Assembly (NCBI GenBank): GCA_964424705.1
Contig: CAYRKB010000001.1
Location: 22,575 to 86,574, forward strand
Source: an uncultured Victivallales bacterium
GTDB lineage: Bacteria; Verrucomicrobiota; Kiritimatiellia; UBA8416; CAYRKB01
Length of the DNA: 64,000 nt
Reading direction: 5' to 3'
The stretch's first letter is position 1. Every line of letters begins with the position of its first letter. Below the pieces are notes generated by a model, which made no database searches, was not told the origin of the DNA, and saw only the letters and a list, made by a program, of their open reading frames with translations. This document shows positions 1-9,365 of this stretch, one piece after another. A program made the translations under genes and the position numbers.

Positions 1-1
1 C

Positions 2-160
2 GTCATCGGCAGTCGCTGCAAGCAATCCGGCATGCACTGGAGCGTGCCCGGCGCCCAACACGTCCTCGCCTTGCGCTGCATCCACGCCAGCAATCGCTTG
101 GCTGACTTCTGGAAACATCGCCTCTATAACCACGCCATACCACTCGCCCGGGCCGCCTGA
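2..160 (+). CDS. 3' end of an upstream gene truncated by the window edge; product unknown (C-terminal fragment ...GMHWSVPGAQHVLALRCIHASNRLADFWKHRLYNHAIPLARAA*)
   Basis: Open frame 2 runs from the window edge to TGA at 158-160 with no in-window start. I recognise no family; a vague transposase-C-terminus impression is unsupported. Confidence 0.3.
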   Translation, partial: VIGSRCKQSGMHWSVPGAQHVLALRCIHASNRLADFWKHRLYNHAIPLARAA

Positions 161-376
161 CGGAAGAATCTTGTCTCGCACCCTACGTTCCTGGCAGAAC
201 AGGGGCGCTGCTTCGGCCGGTCCGTCAGATCGCGGACGCGGATTGGGTGGCGTAACGGAGGATTGTGCCTTGGCCGGTATTGGCCAAACCTCTTGACGGC
301 GCGGTTGTTTGTGCATCACTATGACTCCGACATCGCTGGTACGGGCTGTCAGAAAACACCACGGGAGGACGCAAGT

Positions 377-967
377 ATGAAACTGGCATGGGTTCGGGTT
401 TTGATTGCGGCGGCAGTGCTCTCTTGTTGCTTTGCAGCGCTTGCGGGGGAAGACGCGGAAAAGGGCATCAAGGGGAAGGTCCAGGAGGTGGGCTTCGGCA
501 AGTTCAAATTGGCGGAGAAGAGCGGCACCGGCTGGCTGTTTCACCTCTCGAAGGATGGCACGGTGTACAAGCCCGACGACTGGCGCCCGATGGTCGGGGA
601 CGAGGTATCGGTGGCGCACATGGAGGTGCTGCGAAAAGGAAATCCCATCTCCCAGGCAACCAGCGTCACGCTCCTCAAGGCCGGGCCCAACACGCCGAGG
701 ATCCAGAGCCCCGTGGAAGTCCAAATAGCGGAGGTTGGGCGCAGCGGGTACAACGCCAAGATTTCTTCATCGGGGCTGATTGTCAAGTTCGCCAGTCACC
801 GTGGCACCAAAGTCGTTCCGGCCGGCTGGGTCCCCGCTCCCGGCGAAAAGGCTATCATGACGTTCACCGTTAAGTCGGCAGGCGTCTTCTCGGTGGGTTC
901 CGCGGGGTTTGGCGGGATCGTGTATGCTGTGGACAAGGTGGAGAAGGCAGGCGCCGGAAGCAAGTGA
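377..967 (+). CDS. secreted hypothetical protein (N-terminal signal peptide)
   Basis: ATG at 377 is preceded by GGAGG. The N-terminus MKLAWVRVLIAAAVLSCCFAALAGE is a classic signal peptide. The mature part is beta-rich, Gly/Val/Lys-rich, with two similar halves. The track ORF 263..967 begins further upstream, but the internal Met is the likely start. Confidence 0.6.
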   Translation: MKLAWVRVLIAAAVLSCCFAALAGEDAEKGIKGKVQEVGFGKFKLAEKSGTGWLFHLSKDGTVYKPDDWRPMVGDEVSVAHMEVLRKGNPISQATSVTLLKAGPNTPRIQSPVEVQIAEVGRSGYNAKISSSGLIVKFASHRGTKVVPAGWVPAPGEKAIMTFTVKSAGVFSVGSAGFGGIVYAVDKVEKAGAGSK

Positions 968-1049
968 CGGAGCTAGCGAGCGGCACCCATCAGCAGGAGA
1001 CGAAAGGTTCTTTTTGCCTTTTCCGGCACGGTAGCAGAAAGGCCGTAGC

Positions 1050-2567
1050 GTGAGCTGTCACAAGCGGATCAGCGACTTTGAGTTCGAGGCCAGGGAGATC
1101 GGCGAGGCGGTACGGCAGGGCCGGCTGCTCTCCATGGAGATTGAGTTCAGCCAGAAGTGCAACTTCGAGTGCAAGTACTGCTATGTGCCGGGGCGCACCC
1201 ATGCGCGGCCCGAGCTGTCGGCGGAGGAGAGCAAGGATGCCATCCTCCAGGCGCGCGAGATGGGCGCAAAGAAGATCATCGTGCTCGGCGGCGAGCCGAT
1301 GATCTACCCGCTGATCCGGGAAATGATCGAGTACATCCGCAGCCTCGGCCTGGATGTCGAGGTGTTCACGAACGGAAGTCAGATCACCGCGGATATGGCG
1401 CGGTTCCTGGCAGGCCACCAGGTGCGCGTGGCGCTGAAGATGAACAGCCGCCAGCGGCACGTGCAGGACGTCTTGTGCGGGCGTGACGGCGCGCACGAGA
1501 TCATCTGGGACGCCTTTCGCAACCTGCAGGACGCCGGGTATCCTGCGCCTGACAAGTTCCTGGCCGTCAGCACGGTGATTTGCCGGGACAACGCGGACGA
1601 GCTGGTCGAGCTCTGGGCGTGGCTGCGCGAGCAGAATATTGAGCCATACTTCGAAATGATCACGCCGCAGGGGAATGCGGCGCGCAATGAAACGCTCGAC
1701 GTTCCCGTCGAGAAGGCGAGGGCGATCTTCCAGGCCATCGCGGAGATTGATCGGACCCGCTATGGCATCCACTGGGATCCGCAGCCGCCGCTGGTTGGCG
1801 GCCGTTGCCTGCGGCACTGCTTTTCCTGCCTGCTCAATGCGTATGGCGACGTGATGCCCTGCGTGGGCGTGACGATCCCGCTGGGCAACATTCGCGAGAA
1901 GAAGCTGAAGGCAATCCTGCGCGATAGCGAAGTGCTGCAGGACCTGCGGAACTACCAGAACATGATCAAGGGCCCCTGTGCGGCGTGTGACAAGGCGATG
2001 GAGTGCTACGGCTGCCGCGGCGCGGCGTACCAGATGACCGGGGACTACCTGGCGTCGGATCCGATGTGCTGGCACAATACGGACCGGGAGACCGATATCG
2101 TCCGGCTGCCGGCGCCGGTGGGCAGCATGATCCCGCACGCTGCGCCCATGCGCTTGGTGGATACGCTTCTCATGATGGGCGAACGGACCGCCGTGGTGGA
2201 AATGGTTGTGCCGTCACGCGGGCCGTTTGTGGCCGATGACGGCCGCCTTGATGAGACGGCCTATCTTGAGATCCTGGCGCAGGCGGCGGCCGTCATGAAT
2301 GGCTTTCGCACCCTTCGCAATGGCGCGCTCCGGCGGGGCTATCTGGTGGGCGCGCAAGGCCTGCAGATCCTTGGCGAGGCACGGGCCGGCGACCGCCTTC
2401 AGGCGACGGTCTTCAAGGAGACGCGGTACGGCGACTTCGGCGTGGTCCAGGGGACTATCACCCGCGGGTCGGAGCTTCTTGCGAAGGGCGAGATCAAGGT
2501 CTGGCATGAAGGAGGGGGCGTCACGCCTTCCCAGGGCGAGCCGCCTCGGGTCGCGTGCGCCGTTTGA
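1050..2567 (+). CDS. radical SAM / SPASM-domain enzyme fused to a C-terminal hotdog-fold (FabZ/MaoC-like) domain
   Basis: The CNFECKYCY motif (CxxxCxxC) lies near the N-terminus. A second Cys-rich region (CLRHCFSC...C, CAACDKAMECYGC) is typical of a SPASM twin auxiliary-cluster domain. The last ~130 aa (YLEILAQAAAVMNG...GEIKVWHE) resemble hotdog dehydratase/thioesterase folds. GTG start at 1050; an alternative ATG at 1134 is possible. Confidence 0.8.
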   Translation: MSCHKRISDFEFEAREIGEAVRQGRLLSMEIEFSQKCNFECKYCYVPGRTHARPELSAEESKDAILQAREMGAKKIIVLGGEPMIYPLIREMIEYIRSLGLDVEVFTNGSQITADMARFLAGHQVRVALKMNSRQRHVQDVLCGRDGAHEIIWDAFRNLQDAGYPAPDKFLAVSTVICRDNADELVELWAWLREQNIEPYFEMITPQGNAARNETLDVPVEKARAIFQAIAEIDRTRYGIHWDPQPPLVGGRCLRHCFSCLLNAYGDVMPCVGVTIPLGNIREKKLKAILRDSEVLQDLRNYQNMIKGPCAACDKAMECYGCRGAAYQMTGDYLASDPMCWHNTDRETDIVRLPAPVGSMIPHAAPMRLVDTLLMMGERTAVVEMVVPSRGPFVADDGRLDETAYLEILAQAAAVMNGFRTLRNGALRRGYLVGAQGLQILGEARAGDRLQATVFKETRYGDFGVVQGTITRGSELLAKGEIKVWHEGGGVTPSQGEPPRVACAV

Positions 2568-2572
2568 ACGAT

Positions 2573-3223
2573 ATGCGCAATGTACTTTGTCTTCTGCTGG
2601 CAGCCTCGCTGCTGATGCCGGCGGCCGCGCGATGCGCGGAAACGAACGCCGCGGCGGGAGCGAACGCGATGCGCGTCATCCAGGAGCGGCTTGGAACTGT
2701 GCGGACGGTACAGGCGGACTTTGAGCAGGAGAAGAACATTTCGCTCTTCAAGGAGAAGGTAGTGATTGTGGGACGGATCTACCTTGAGAACCCGGGGCGG
2801 TTCGCCTGGCACGCCGAGAAGCCGGTGCGCTATCGGCTTCTGATTAACGGGGATGACGTGCGGCAGTGGGATGAGGATACGCGCCAGGCGCAGCGCGTGC
2901 CAGTGGCGGGGAACCCTCTGTTCAAGATGGCGACCGGACAGATGCGCGACTGCTTTGCCGGGCGCTACGAGGGGATGCTGAAGGAATACGACATGACCGT
3001 ATCGGGCGATTCCACGCTGACGATCCGGTTTGTGCCCAAGCCCGCCGCCCTTACGGCGAAGGCGCTGCGGGCGTTGGAGGTGACGCTGCAGGAAAAGGAT
3101 CTCTACATTTCCAGCATTCGTTTTGAAGATCTCAATGGCGACGCCACGACAATCCGGTTCAAGAACGCAGTGTTGAACGAAGCCATCGACTCCCGGGACT
3201 GGGAGGTCGTGCCGCGTGAGTAG
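2573..3223 (+). CDS. LolA-like outer-membrane lipoprotein carrier family protein (periplasmic)
   Basis: ATG at 2573 lies 5 nt after the rSAM stop. The signal peptide is MRNVLCLLLAASLLMPAAA. The LolA-family signature region ...VRTVQADFEQEKNISLFKEKVVIVGRIYLENPGRFAW... is present. The track ORF starts at 2555 and overlaps the upstream gene. Confidence 0.7.
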   Translation: MRNVLCLLLAASLLMPAAARCAETNAAAGANAMRVIQERLGTVRTVQADFEQEKNISLFKEKVVIVGRIYLENPGRFAWHAEKPVRYRLLINGDDVRQWDEDTRQAQRVPVAGNPLFKMATGQMRDCFAGRYEGMLKEYDMTVSGDSTLTIRFVPKPAALTAKALRALEVTLQEKDLYISSIRFEDLNGDATTIRFKNAVLNEAIDSRDWEVVPRE

Positions 3224-5624
3224 ACATCCGTTTCTAGTCATCCACGGCTTCTGTCAACGCCGCCGGCGTCTACTCCTAGCCCTTTCCGCTGCCGCGACGC
3301 TGGCCGCTGGCGTCTCGCTGTGGTTCGTCCAATACGACAAGACGCTGGACGCCATGCTGCCGGCTCGCAGTTCGATTCCCCGCGTGATGGAGGTCCTCCG
3401 CGACGCCCACCTTTCGAACAAGATCGCCATCAGCGTCGGCTCTGCCGTGCCCGGAGCCTCAGTGCACGATATCATGGCCGCGGCCGACGGCCTGGCAGCG
3501 GCGCTTGGGCAATCGCCGCTGATCATCCAGGCCACGTCGGATTTTTCGCGCCTGGCGTCTATTGACGACATGGCCCTGTTCTTCCAGGCGGCGCCGGAAC
3601 TTCTGGGAGAGCAGGACCTCCTTGCGATGGCGGCCGATGTGACGCCGGATGGGGTCCGTAGCGTGCTAAGGCGGCGATATGTGCAGCTCATGAAGCCCGA
3701 GGGAAACTTCCTCGCGTCCTCGATACGTGCCGACCCTTTGGGGTTCCGCTGGCGGGCCGTGGAGCGGCTGCAGTCCGTGATGTCGTCCTTCGGGTACGAT
3801 GTCAACATGGTCGAGGGTCACCTCGTAAGCCGCGACGGACGGCGCTGCATGATTGTGGCCGAAACCCCGATTGCGCCAACCGACAATGTCGGCTCCCTGG
3901 CGTTGTCGAAGGTGCTGGCCGAGAAGGTCAAGATGCTGCCGAAAGGCTTCACGGCGGATACGATCTGCGGGCACATGCATACGGTGAGCAACGAGCGCAC
4001 GATCAAGCGGGACATTGCGTTGACCAACACGGTGGCGACCCTCGCATTCCTTGCGCTCTTCTTCGTGGTGTTCCGTGACAAGTGGGCGGTGTTCACGCTT
4101 CTTGCCATTCCTGTCTCGGCGTCGTTGATCGCGATTCCCCTGACGGCCTTGGTCTTTGGAAGGGTCGCCCTGATCGTGGTCGGCCTGGGTTCGGTGATTG
4201 CGGGCGTGTCCGTCGACTATGCCATGCATGTGTACGTCGCGTCGCGCCGAAGCGGGAACGCGGCGGAAGCCCTTATGCATGTCGCGCTGCCAGTTTCGGT
4301 GGGCGCCCTGACGACCTGCGGAATGTTCGTGGCGTTTATCTCGTCCAGCGTGCCCGGCTACCACCAGCTGGCGGTCTTCTCGATCCTGTCGATCGTCCTT
4401 GCGCTCGTCTTCGCGCTCGCGGTGTTTCCTCACTTTGTGAGGCGCGGGGAAGTCGGGCTGGCCAGCGGCGGGGAGAAGGGCGTCGTGGCGCCACGGCTAG
4501 CCCCTCGCGGCGTGGTTACGGCGTGGGTCGGGCTGTTCGCGCTCTGCCTCTGGGGGTGCCGCGGCCTCGGATTCGATTCCAATATCCTCCGGATGGACGG
4601 CACGGAGGAGAGTATTCTGGCCGGGGAAAACCGTTTCTACGCGGCGTGGGGACAGGGGGATACGAACCAGGCGATTGTCGTGTGTGAGGGCCCGACGGCC
4701 GAGGCCGCGCAGCGGGCGAGCGACGAGGTGTATCGGGCTGTGCGGGCTACGGGCGTTGAGGCGGGGGTCGCCACTTTGTCCGCGGTGTGGCCGTCGCAGC
4801 GTACGCGGGAGGAGAATCTCGCGCGGTGGCAGTCGTTCTGGGACGCTGAGCGCGTCGCGCAGCTGCGGCAGACGCTGATGCAGGAAGGCGAGGGGTTTGG
4901 TTTCGCCACAAATGCCTTCGATCCATTCTTCGAGGGCCTGGCTGGACCCGCTGGCGCGCATGCGGGAGACGTTACGAACGGGCTGCTCACCCGGCTGCGG
5001 GGGCAATTCTTGCAGCAAAAAGGCGGCGGCTGGCAATGTCTCTCGTTCTACCCGGATACCCCGGCCATGCAGGCGCTCGTAAAAGCCAGGGACGGCAACG
5101 GGCATCGGGTATTCATGGTTTCTCCGCAGGCGGTGGCGGGCGACCTGTCGCGTATCTACGCCTCGGAGATTCTCCGCATTTCGACCGTCGCCGTCACAAT
5201 TATCCTGCTCGTGACTTTTGCCCTCGTGCGGAATGTGCGAGTGGTAGCAATCTCTCTGATCCCGTCTCTAACCGCGGTGGTGGCCCTCCTCGCGGCTATG
5301 GCTGTGAGCGGACGGATGGTGAATATGGCGAACGTCTTCGCAGGGATTGTGGTCTTCGGCCTCAGCCTCGACTACGGGTTCATTATGATGCACTCGTACC
5401 GGCATCGCCTGACCGATTCTGCCAGGGTCTCCGTGCACGTTTCAGCGATCACCACGGTGATCGGCACGGCGGCCCTGCTTTTCGCGCACCACCCTGTGCT
5501 GTTCTCGCTTGGGATCACGCTGACGATCGGCATTCTGGCCGGTTACGTGACGGCGATGTGGGTGGTGCCGGCGCTCTACAGCCTGTGGGTGGAGCCGCGC
5601 GGCGGGGAGGGGGCCCCGTCGTGA
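3216..5624 (+). CDS. MMPL/RND-superfamily exporter (HpnN-like lipid transporter)
   Basis: 802 aa with two blocks of ~6 TM helices and two large periplasmic loops, the typical MMPL topology. The GTG start overlaps the LolA-like stop by 8 nt, indicating translational coupling. Confidence 0.85.
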   Translation: MSRHPFLVIHGFCQRRRRLLLALSAAATLAAGVSLWFVQYDKTLDAMLPARSSIPRVMEVLRDAHLSNKIAISVGSAVPGASVHDIMAAADGLAAALGQSPLIIQATSDFSRLASIDDMALFFQAAPELLGEQDLLAMAADVTPDGVRSVLRRRYVQLMKPEGNFLASSIRADPLGFRWRAVERLQSVMSSFGYDVNMVEGHLVSRDGRRCMIVAETPIAPTDNVGSLALSKVLAEKVKMLPKGFTADTICGHMHTVSNERTIKRDIALTNTVATLAFLALFFVVFRDKWAVFTLLAIPVSASLIAIPLTALVFGRVALIVVGLGSVIAGVSVDYAMHVYVASRRSGNAAEALMHVALPVSVGALTTCGMFVAFISSSVPGYHQLAVFSILSIVLALVFALAVFPHFVRRGEVGLASGGEKGVVAPRLAPRGVVTAWVGLFALCLWGCRGLGFDSNILRMDGTEESILAGENRFYAAWGQGDTNQAIVVCEGPTAEAAQRASDEVYRAVRATGVEAGVATLSAVWPSQRTREENLARWQSFWDAERVAQLRQTLMQEGEGFGFATNAFDPFFEGLAGPAGAHAGDVTNGLLTRLRGQFLQQKGGGWQCLSFYPDTPAMQALVKARDGNGHRVFMVSPQAVAGDLSRIYASEILRISTVAVTIILLVTFALVRNVRVVAISLIPSLTAVVALLAAMAVSGRMVNMANVFAGIVVFGLSLDYGFIMMHSYRHRLTDSARVSVHVSAITTVIGTAALLFAHHPVLFSLGITLTIGILAGYVTAMWVVPALYSLWVEPRGGEGAPS

Positions 5625-6316
5625 TGAATGCGCTAAGCGGAAAGATGTTGCGCCTTTGGGTGCCCGTCATCCTCGGTGCCTGCCTAGGGGCGGGCTGCGC
5701 GACGGTTCGCTGGGAGTCGCCGCAGCGTGCCGGGTCGGCCCCTGAGCCGGCGGCGGCCCTGCAGGCCATGTCCCGGGGTGCGCCGGTGCGGCTGCAGGTT
5801 GTCAACTCCGTCCTGTTCGAGTATCGCGGGCGGAAGATGTCGGGCCTCGGTTTTCTGGACGTTGACGTGGCGACTCGCTCCTTCGGATTGGCCTGCATGG
5901 CGCAGTCCGGCGTAACGCTGTTTGAAGTGACGGGCACCAATGGAGCCGTGCGGTGCCATTTCGCGATGCCGGCTCTGGCCGGGCGCGGAGAGGCTTTCGC
6001 CAAGGTTCTCGGGCGTGACGTGGAGCGCATGTTCTTCGATGTGCAGCCGCCGGCCGGCGCGGCGGTTGGATTCGAGCCAGGGGCCGCTGTGTTTTCCGAC
6101 GTCAGGGGCTCCGGGCGGGTGGAATGGATTGCGGGCTGTGACGGCGGCCTGTTGGAGAAGCGCTACTACGAAGGCAGGCGGCTGGTTTGCAGGGTAGGGT
6201 ACTACGCGACCGTCGGACACTCAGGGCGCAGGATACCGGGGCGGGTCTGCCTGCAGAATCTCAAGGATGGGTACGGTCTCACCATCACAATGCGGGAGAT
6301 CCGGCGATGCGACTGA
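5624..6316 (+). CDS. lipoprotein of unknown function (lipobox LGAGC)
   Basis: ATG overlaps the MMPL TGA (TGATGA). The N-terminus MNALSGKMLRLWVPVILGACLGAGCAT is a signal peptide ending in a lipobox Cys. This gene completes the LolA-like/MMPL/lipoprotein triad seen in lipid-export loci. The track ORF 5036..6316 is an upstream in-frame extension. Confidence 0.6.
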   Translation: MNALSGKMLRLWVPVILGACLGAGCATVRWESPQRAGSAPEPAAALQAMSRGAPVRLQVVNSVLFEYRGRKMSGLGFLDVDVATRSFGLACMAQSGVTLFEVTGTNGAVRCHFAMPALAGRGEAFAKVLGRDVERMFFDVQPPAGAAVGFEPGAAVFSDVRGSGRVEWIAGCDGGLLEKRYYEGRRLVCRVGYYATVGHSGRRIPGRVCLQNLKDGYGLTITMREIRRCD

Positions 6317-6687
6317 CGAAAGGAAGACGAAGAAAGCAGAGCCCTCCCTATCGCGCAGCGTGCCAATAACGGGATCATGATAGTTGCAGCATTCCTTCGG
6401 CTTCGCTTGCACTTTCCCCGGGGCGGAGTACCTATTGTGGAAAGCACCTGCTCGAGAGTCGGATCGTCATTTGCGATCTCAGAAAACGAGGAGATCTTCT
6501 GCTTTTCGCCAAGCCCGGAAAGAGCTGCTGAATTACGAAATGCGCGAAGGTCACGAAGACAGGGCGCTGATGACGAATCGGAGTGCGCCAACTGCGGTGA
6601 CTTGAACTGCTCCTTGTTGGCGGCAAGAAGGGCGTTGTATTGTGGCGCCATTTTCTGCGACACTGCGTTCGCGTTGTGGCTGCACTT

Positions 6688-7947
6688 ATGAAGACCGCGC
6701 AAAAGATTAGCTTTCCTCGGGAGTTCATCCGGCTGATCCCGAAGACGGATCTGCACGTGCACCTTGACGGCTCGCTGCGCCTGCAGACGCTGATCGACCT
6801 GGCGCGGACGGAACGTGTGAAGCTGCCTTCGTTCGAGCCTGGCGGCCTGCGGGAGCTGGTGTTCAAGGATAAGTACGCCAGCCTGCGCGAGTACCTTCTC
6901 GGGTTTCAGTATACCTGCGCGGTGCTGAACAAGGCCGACCACCTTGAGCGGGTGGCGTTCGAGCTGGCGGAGGACAACATCGCCGAGGGCGTACGCTACG
7001 TGGAGCCCCGCTTTGCCCCGCAGCTTCACGTGCAGCCGGGGCTGACGATGGAGCATGCCGTGAGCGCCGTGGCGCGGGGCCTCGACAGGGCGCGGCGCTC
7101 CCACAACGCAACGCGCGCGGTGACGCAGGGGAAGGACCTGCCGTTCGAGTTCGGCATCATCGTTTGCGCCATGCGAGCCTTCAACAGCCGGATGGGGCAC
7201 TACTTCCGGGAGCTGCTTTCCGTCATGCCGGGCGCGCCCCGTCGCGAAGTCTACGTGGCCGCCTCCCTCGAGCTGGTGCGGGAGGCGATTGACCTGCGGG
7301 ACCGGTGCGGGCTGCCGATTGTGGGATTCGACCTGGCGGGCGAGGAGGCTGGATATCCGGCTTGCGACCACGTCAAGGCGTACCAGCAAGCGCAGGATAA
7401 CTTCCTCAAGAAGACGGTGCATGCGGGCGAGGCGTACGGGCCGGAGTCCATCTTCCAGGCGATCACCTGCTGCCATACCAACCGGCTCGGACACGGAACG
7501 TTTCTTTTCGCGCAGGACATGCTGCAGGACAAGTCGATCGTGAACCCGTCCCGCTTCGTGGATCAGCTGGTCGAGTACATCGCCAGTGAACGGATTCCGG
7601 TCGAGGTGTGCCCGACGAGCAACCTGCAGACCAGCCCGCAGATTCTCCTGATGCAGGACCATCCTCTTCGGCACATGCTGAAGCATAACCTCTCGATCTG
7701 CATCTGCACGGACAACCGGCTGGTGTCGAACACGAGCGTTACGGGCGAGCTGGAGAAGGTGGCGGAGAATATGTCCGTCACGCGGCGCGACTTCCGCAAT
7801 CTTATCATCGCCGGGTTCAAGGGAAGCTTCTTTGCGGGGAGCTACAACGAGAAAAGGCAGTTCGTGCGCAAGGCCATTCGCAGGTACGACCTGCTGGCGA
7901 GGCGTTGGCTAGGGCCCGATCATTCCGTGTCGGACGAGATGGGGTAA
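6688..7947 (+). CDS. add: adenosine deaminase
   Basis: The metal-binding motifs DLHVHLDGS and HAGE and a C-terminal SNLQT-like region are present, with overall length and order as in Add. The ATG at 6688 (MKTAQKISFPREF) is preferred over the track start at 6640. Confidence 0.85.
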   Translation: MKTAQKISFPREFIRLIPKTDLHVHLDGSLRLQTLIDLARTERVKLPSFEPGGLRELVFKDKYASLREYLLGFQYTCAVLNKADHLERVAFELAEDNIAEGVRYVEPRFAPQLHVQPGLTMEHAVSAVARGLDRARRSHNATRAVTQGKDLPFEFGIIVCAMRAFNSRMGHYFRELLSVMPGAPRREVYVAASLELVREAIDLRDRCGLPIVGFDLAGEEAGYPACDHVKAYQQAQDNFLKKTVHAGEAYGPESIFQAITCCHTNRLGHGTFLFAQDMLQDKSIVNPSRFVDQLVEYIASERIPVEVCPTSNLQTSPQILLMQDHPLRHMLKHNLSICICTDNRLVSNTSVTGELEKVAENMSVTRRDFRNLIIAGFKGSFFAGSYNEKRQFVRKAIRRYDLLARRWLGPDHSVSDEMG

Positions 7948-7953
7948 GCTGCG

Positions 7954-8757
7954 ATGTGCCGACCTCTTATTCTGCTGACGAATGATGACGGCATCGAGTC
8001 GCCGGGCCTGCGCGCGGCCGCGGAAGCCGTCTTAGACCTCGGCGACCTGCTGATTGCGGCGCCGCGGCATCAGCAGTCTTCCATGGGCCGCAGCCTCTGG
8101 GGCAACCGCAATGACCGGCTGGAGCCCTGGGACTACGAGGTGCTGGGGCAGCGCGTGCCCGCCTACGCCTGTAACGCCGCGCCGGCGCTGACGGTGCTTC
8201 ACGCGCTGCACGTGCTCTGCACCGGGCGGCGTCCCGCGCTGGCGGTTGCCGGCATCAACTACGGAGAGAACCTCGGGCGCAACGTCACGCTCTCCGGCAC
8301 CGTGGGAGCCGGGCTGGAGGCGGCCAGCCTCGGCGTGCCGGCGCTGGCGATGTCGCTGCAGACGGACGTGGAGTCGCACTATTGCCACGGCGAGGAGGAC
8401 TGGACGGGGGCGAAGCACTTCACGCGCTGGTTTGCGCGCCGCATGCTGCGCGCCCGCATGCCGCACGACGTGGATGTGCTGAACGTCAACGTGCCCCGCG
8501 GGGCGTCGGCCGATACGCCCAGCCGGATCACCCGGCTCTCGCGGCACTCCTATTTCTCGATCCAGATGGATGCGCCCGGGCTTCACAGCCGCATCAGCGA
8601 CGGGCGCGTGGGAGTCTACCTTGACCGCGCGCTCATCGAGGTGGATTCCGATATCCACGCGCTGGCCGTCGAGCGGGTGGTGTCGGTCTCTGCGCTCAGC
8701 CTGGACCTGACGTCGCGGGTGGCGCTGGGCTCGCTGGACCACCTGCTGCAGGAGTGA
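7954..8757 (+). CDS. surE: 5'/3'-nucleotidase SurE
   Basis: The N-terminal ILLTNDDGI motif is present and the 267-aa length fits the SurE family. Confidence 0.9.
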   Translation: MCRPLILLTNDDGIESPGLRAAAEAVLDLGDLLIAAPRHQQSSMGRSLWGNRNDRLEPWDYEVLGQRVPAYACNAAPALTVLHALHVLCTGRRPALAVAGINYGENLGRNVTLSGTVGAGLEAASLGVPALAMSLQTDVESHYCHGEEDWTGAKHFTRWFARRMLRARMPHDVDVLNVNVPRGASADTPSRITRLSRHSYFSIQMDAPGLHSRISDGRVGVYLDRALIEVDSDIHALAVERVVSVSALSLDLTSRVALGSLDHLLQE

Positions 8758-8761
8758 TGCC

Positions 8762-9364
8762 GTGAATGTGCGACGCATGTTGCTGGCGGCTGTCGCTCTG
8801 GCGTTCCTGCTGCCCGGCGCCGCGCCGGCGCGCGAGGGACGTTGGACCGTCTACAAAGACTGCCAGCTTCAGGAGAACCCGTCGAACGACGGGGACAGCT
8901 TCCACGTCAAGACGGCGCGGTACAAGTACCTGTTCCGGCTCTATTTCGCGGATTGTCCTGAAACCAGCCGGCAGGTGCCCGAGCGCGTCAAGGAGCAGGC
9001 GGCGCACTTCGGCGTTCCGGAGGATACGGTGCTCAAGGCCGGGAAGCGGGCGCGGGAGTTCACGCGCCAGTTCCTGGCGCGGGGATTCACCGTTTCCACG
9101 AAGAAGGAGGACGCGCGCGGCGCGAGCCGGGTGAGACGCTACTATGCGGTGGTGGAGGCCGGGGGCAAGGATCTTGCCGAGGAGCTGGTGGCGCATGGGC
9201 TGGCGCGGGCCTACGGCGAGGGCACCAACCTGCCGGACGGCGGGGACGAGCATCGCTGGCGCGGAAAGCTGGCGCGCGCGGAGAAGAGCGCCAGGGCCCA
9301 GCACCTGGGGATCTGGCGCAACGATCGCGAGCCGGCTGAGCCGAAGGCCGGCGGGGAGCCGTGA
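8762..9364 (+). CDS. secreted thermonuclease (staphylococcal-nuclease/SNase-like) family protein
   Basis: The signal peptide is MLLAAVALAFLLPGAAPA. The SNase-like core includes ...KYLFRLYFADCPE...GLARAYGEG...HLGIWRN. Start is GTG at 8762 or ATG at 8777. Confidence 0.8.
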   Translation: MNVRRMLLAAVALAFLLPGAAPAREGRWTVYKDCQLQENPSNDGDSFHVKTARYKYLFRLYFADCPETSRQVPERVKEQAAHFGVPEDTVLKAGKRAREFTRQFLARGFTVSTKKEDARGASRVRRYYAVVEAGGKDLAEELVAHGLARAYGEGTNLPDGGDEHRWRGKLARAEKSARAQHLGIWRNDREPAEPKAGGEP

Positions 9365-9365
9365 C

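Noticed and set aside
1-262. An IS/transposase 3' end at the window edge, which would imply a mobile-element boundary.
   Set aside because: Only 52 C-terminal residues are visible. They contain no diagnostic DDE or HTH motifs, and there is no inverted repeat before the downstream gene, so this is recorded only as an unknown partial CDS.
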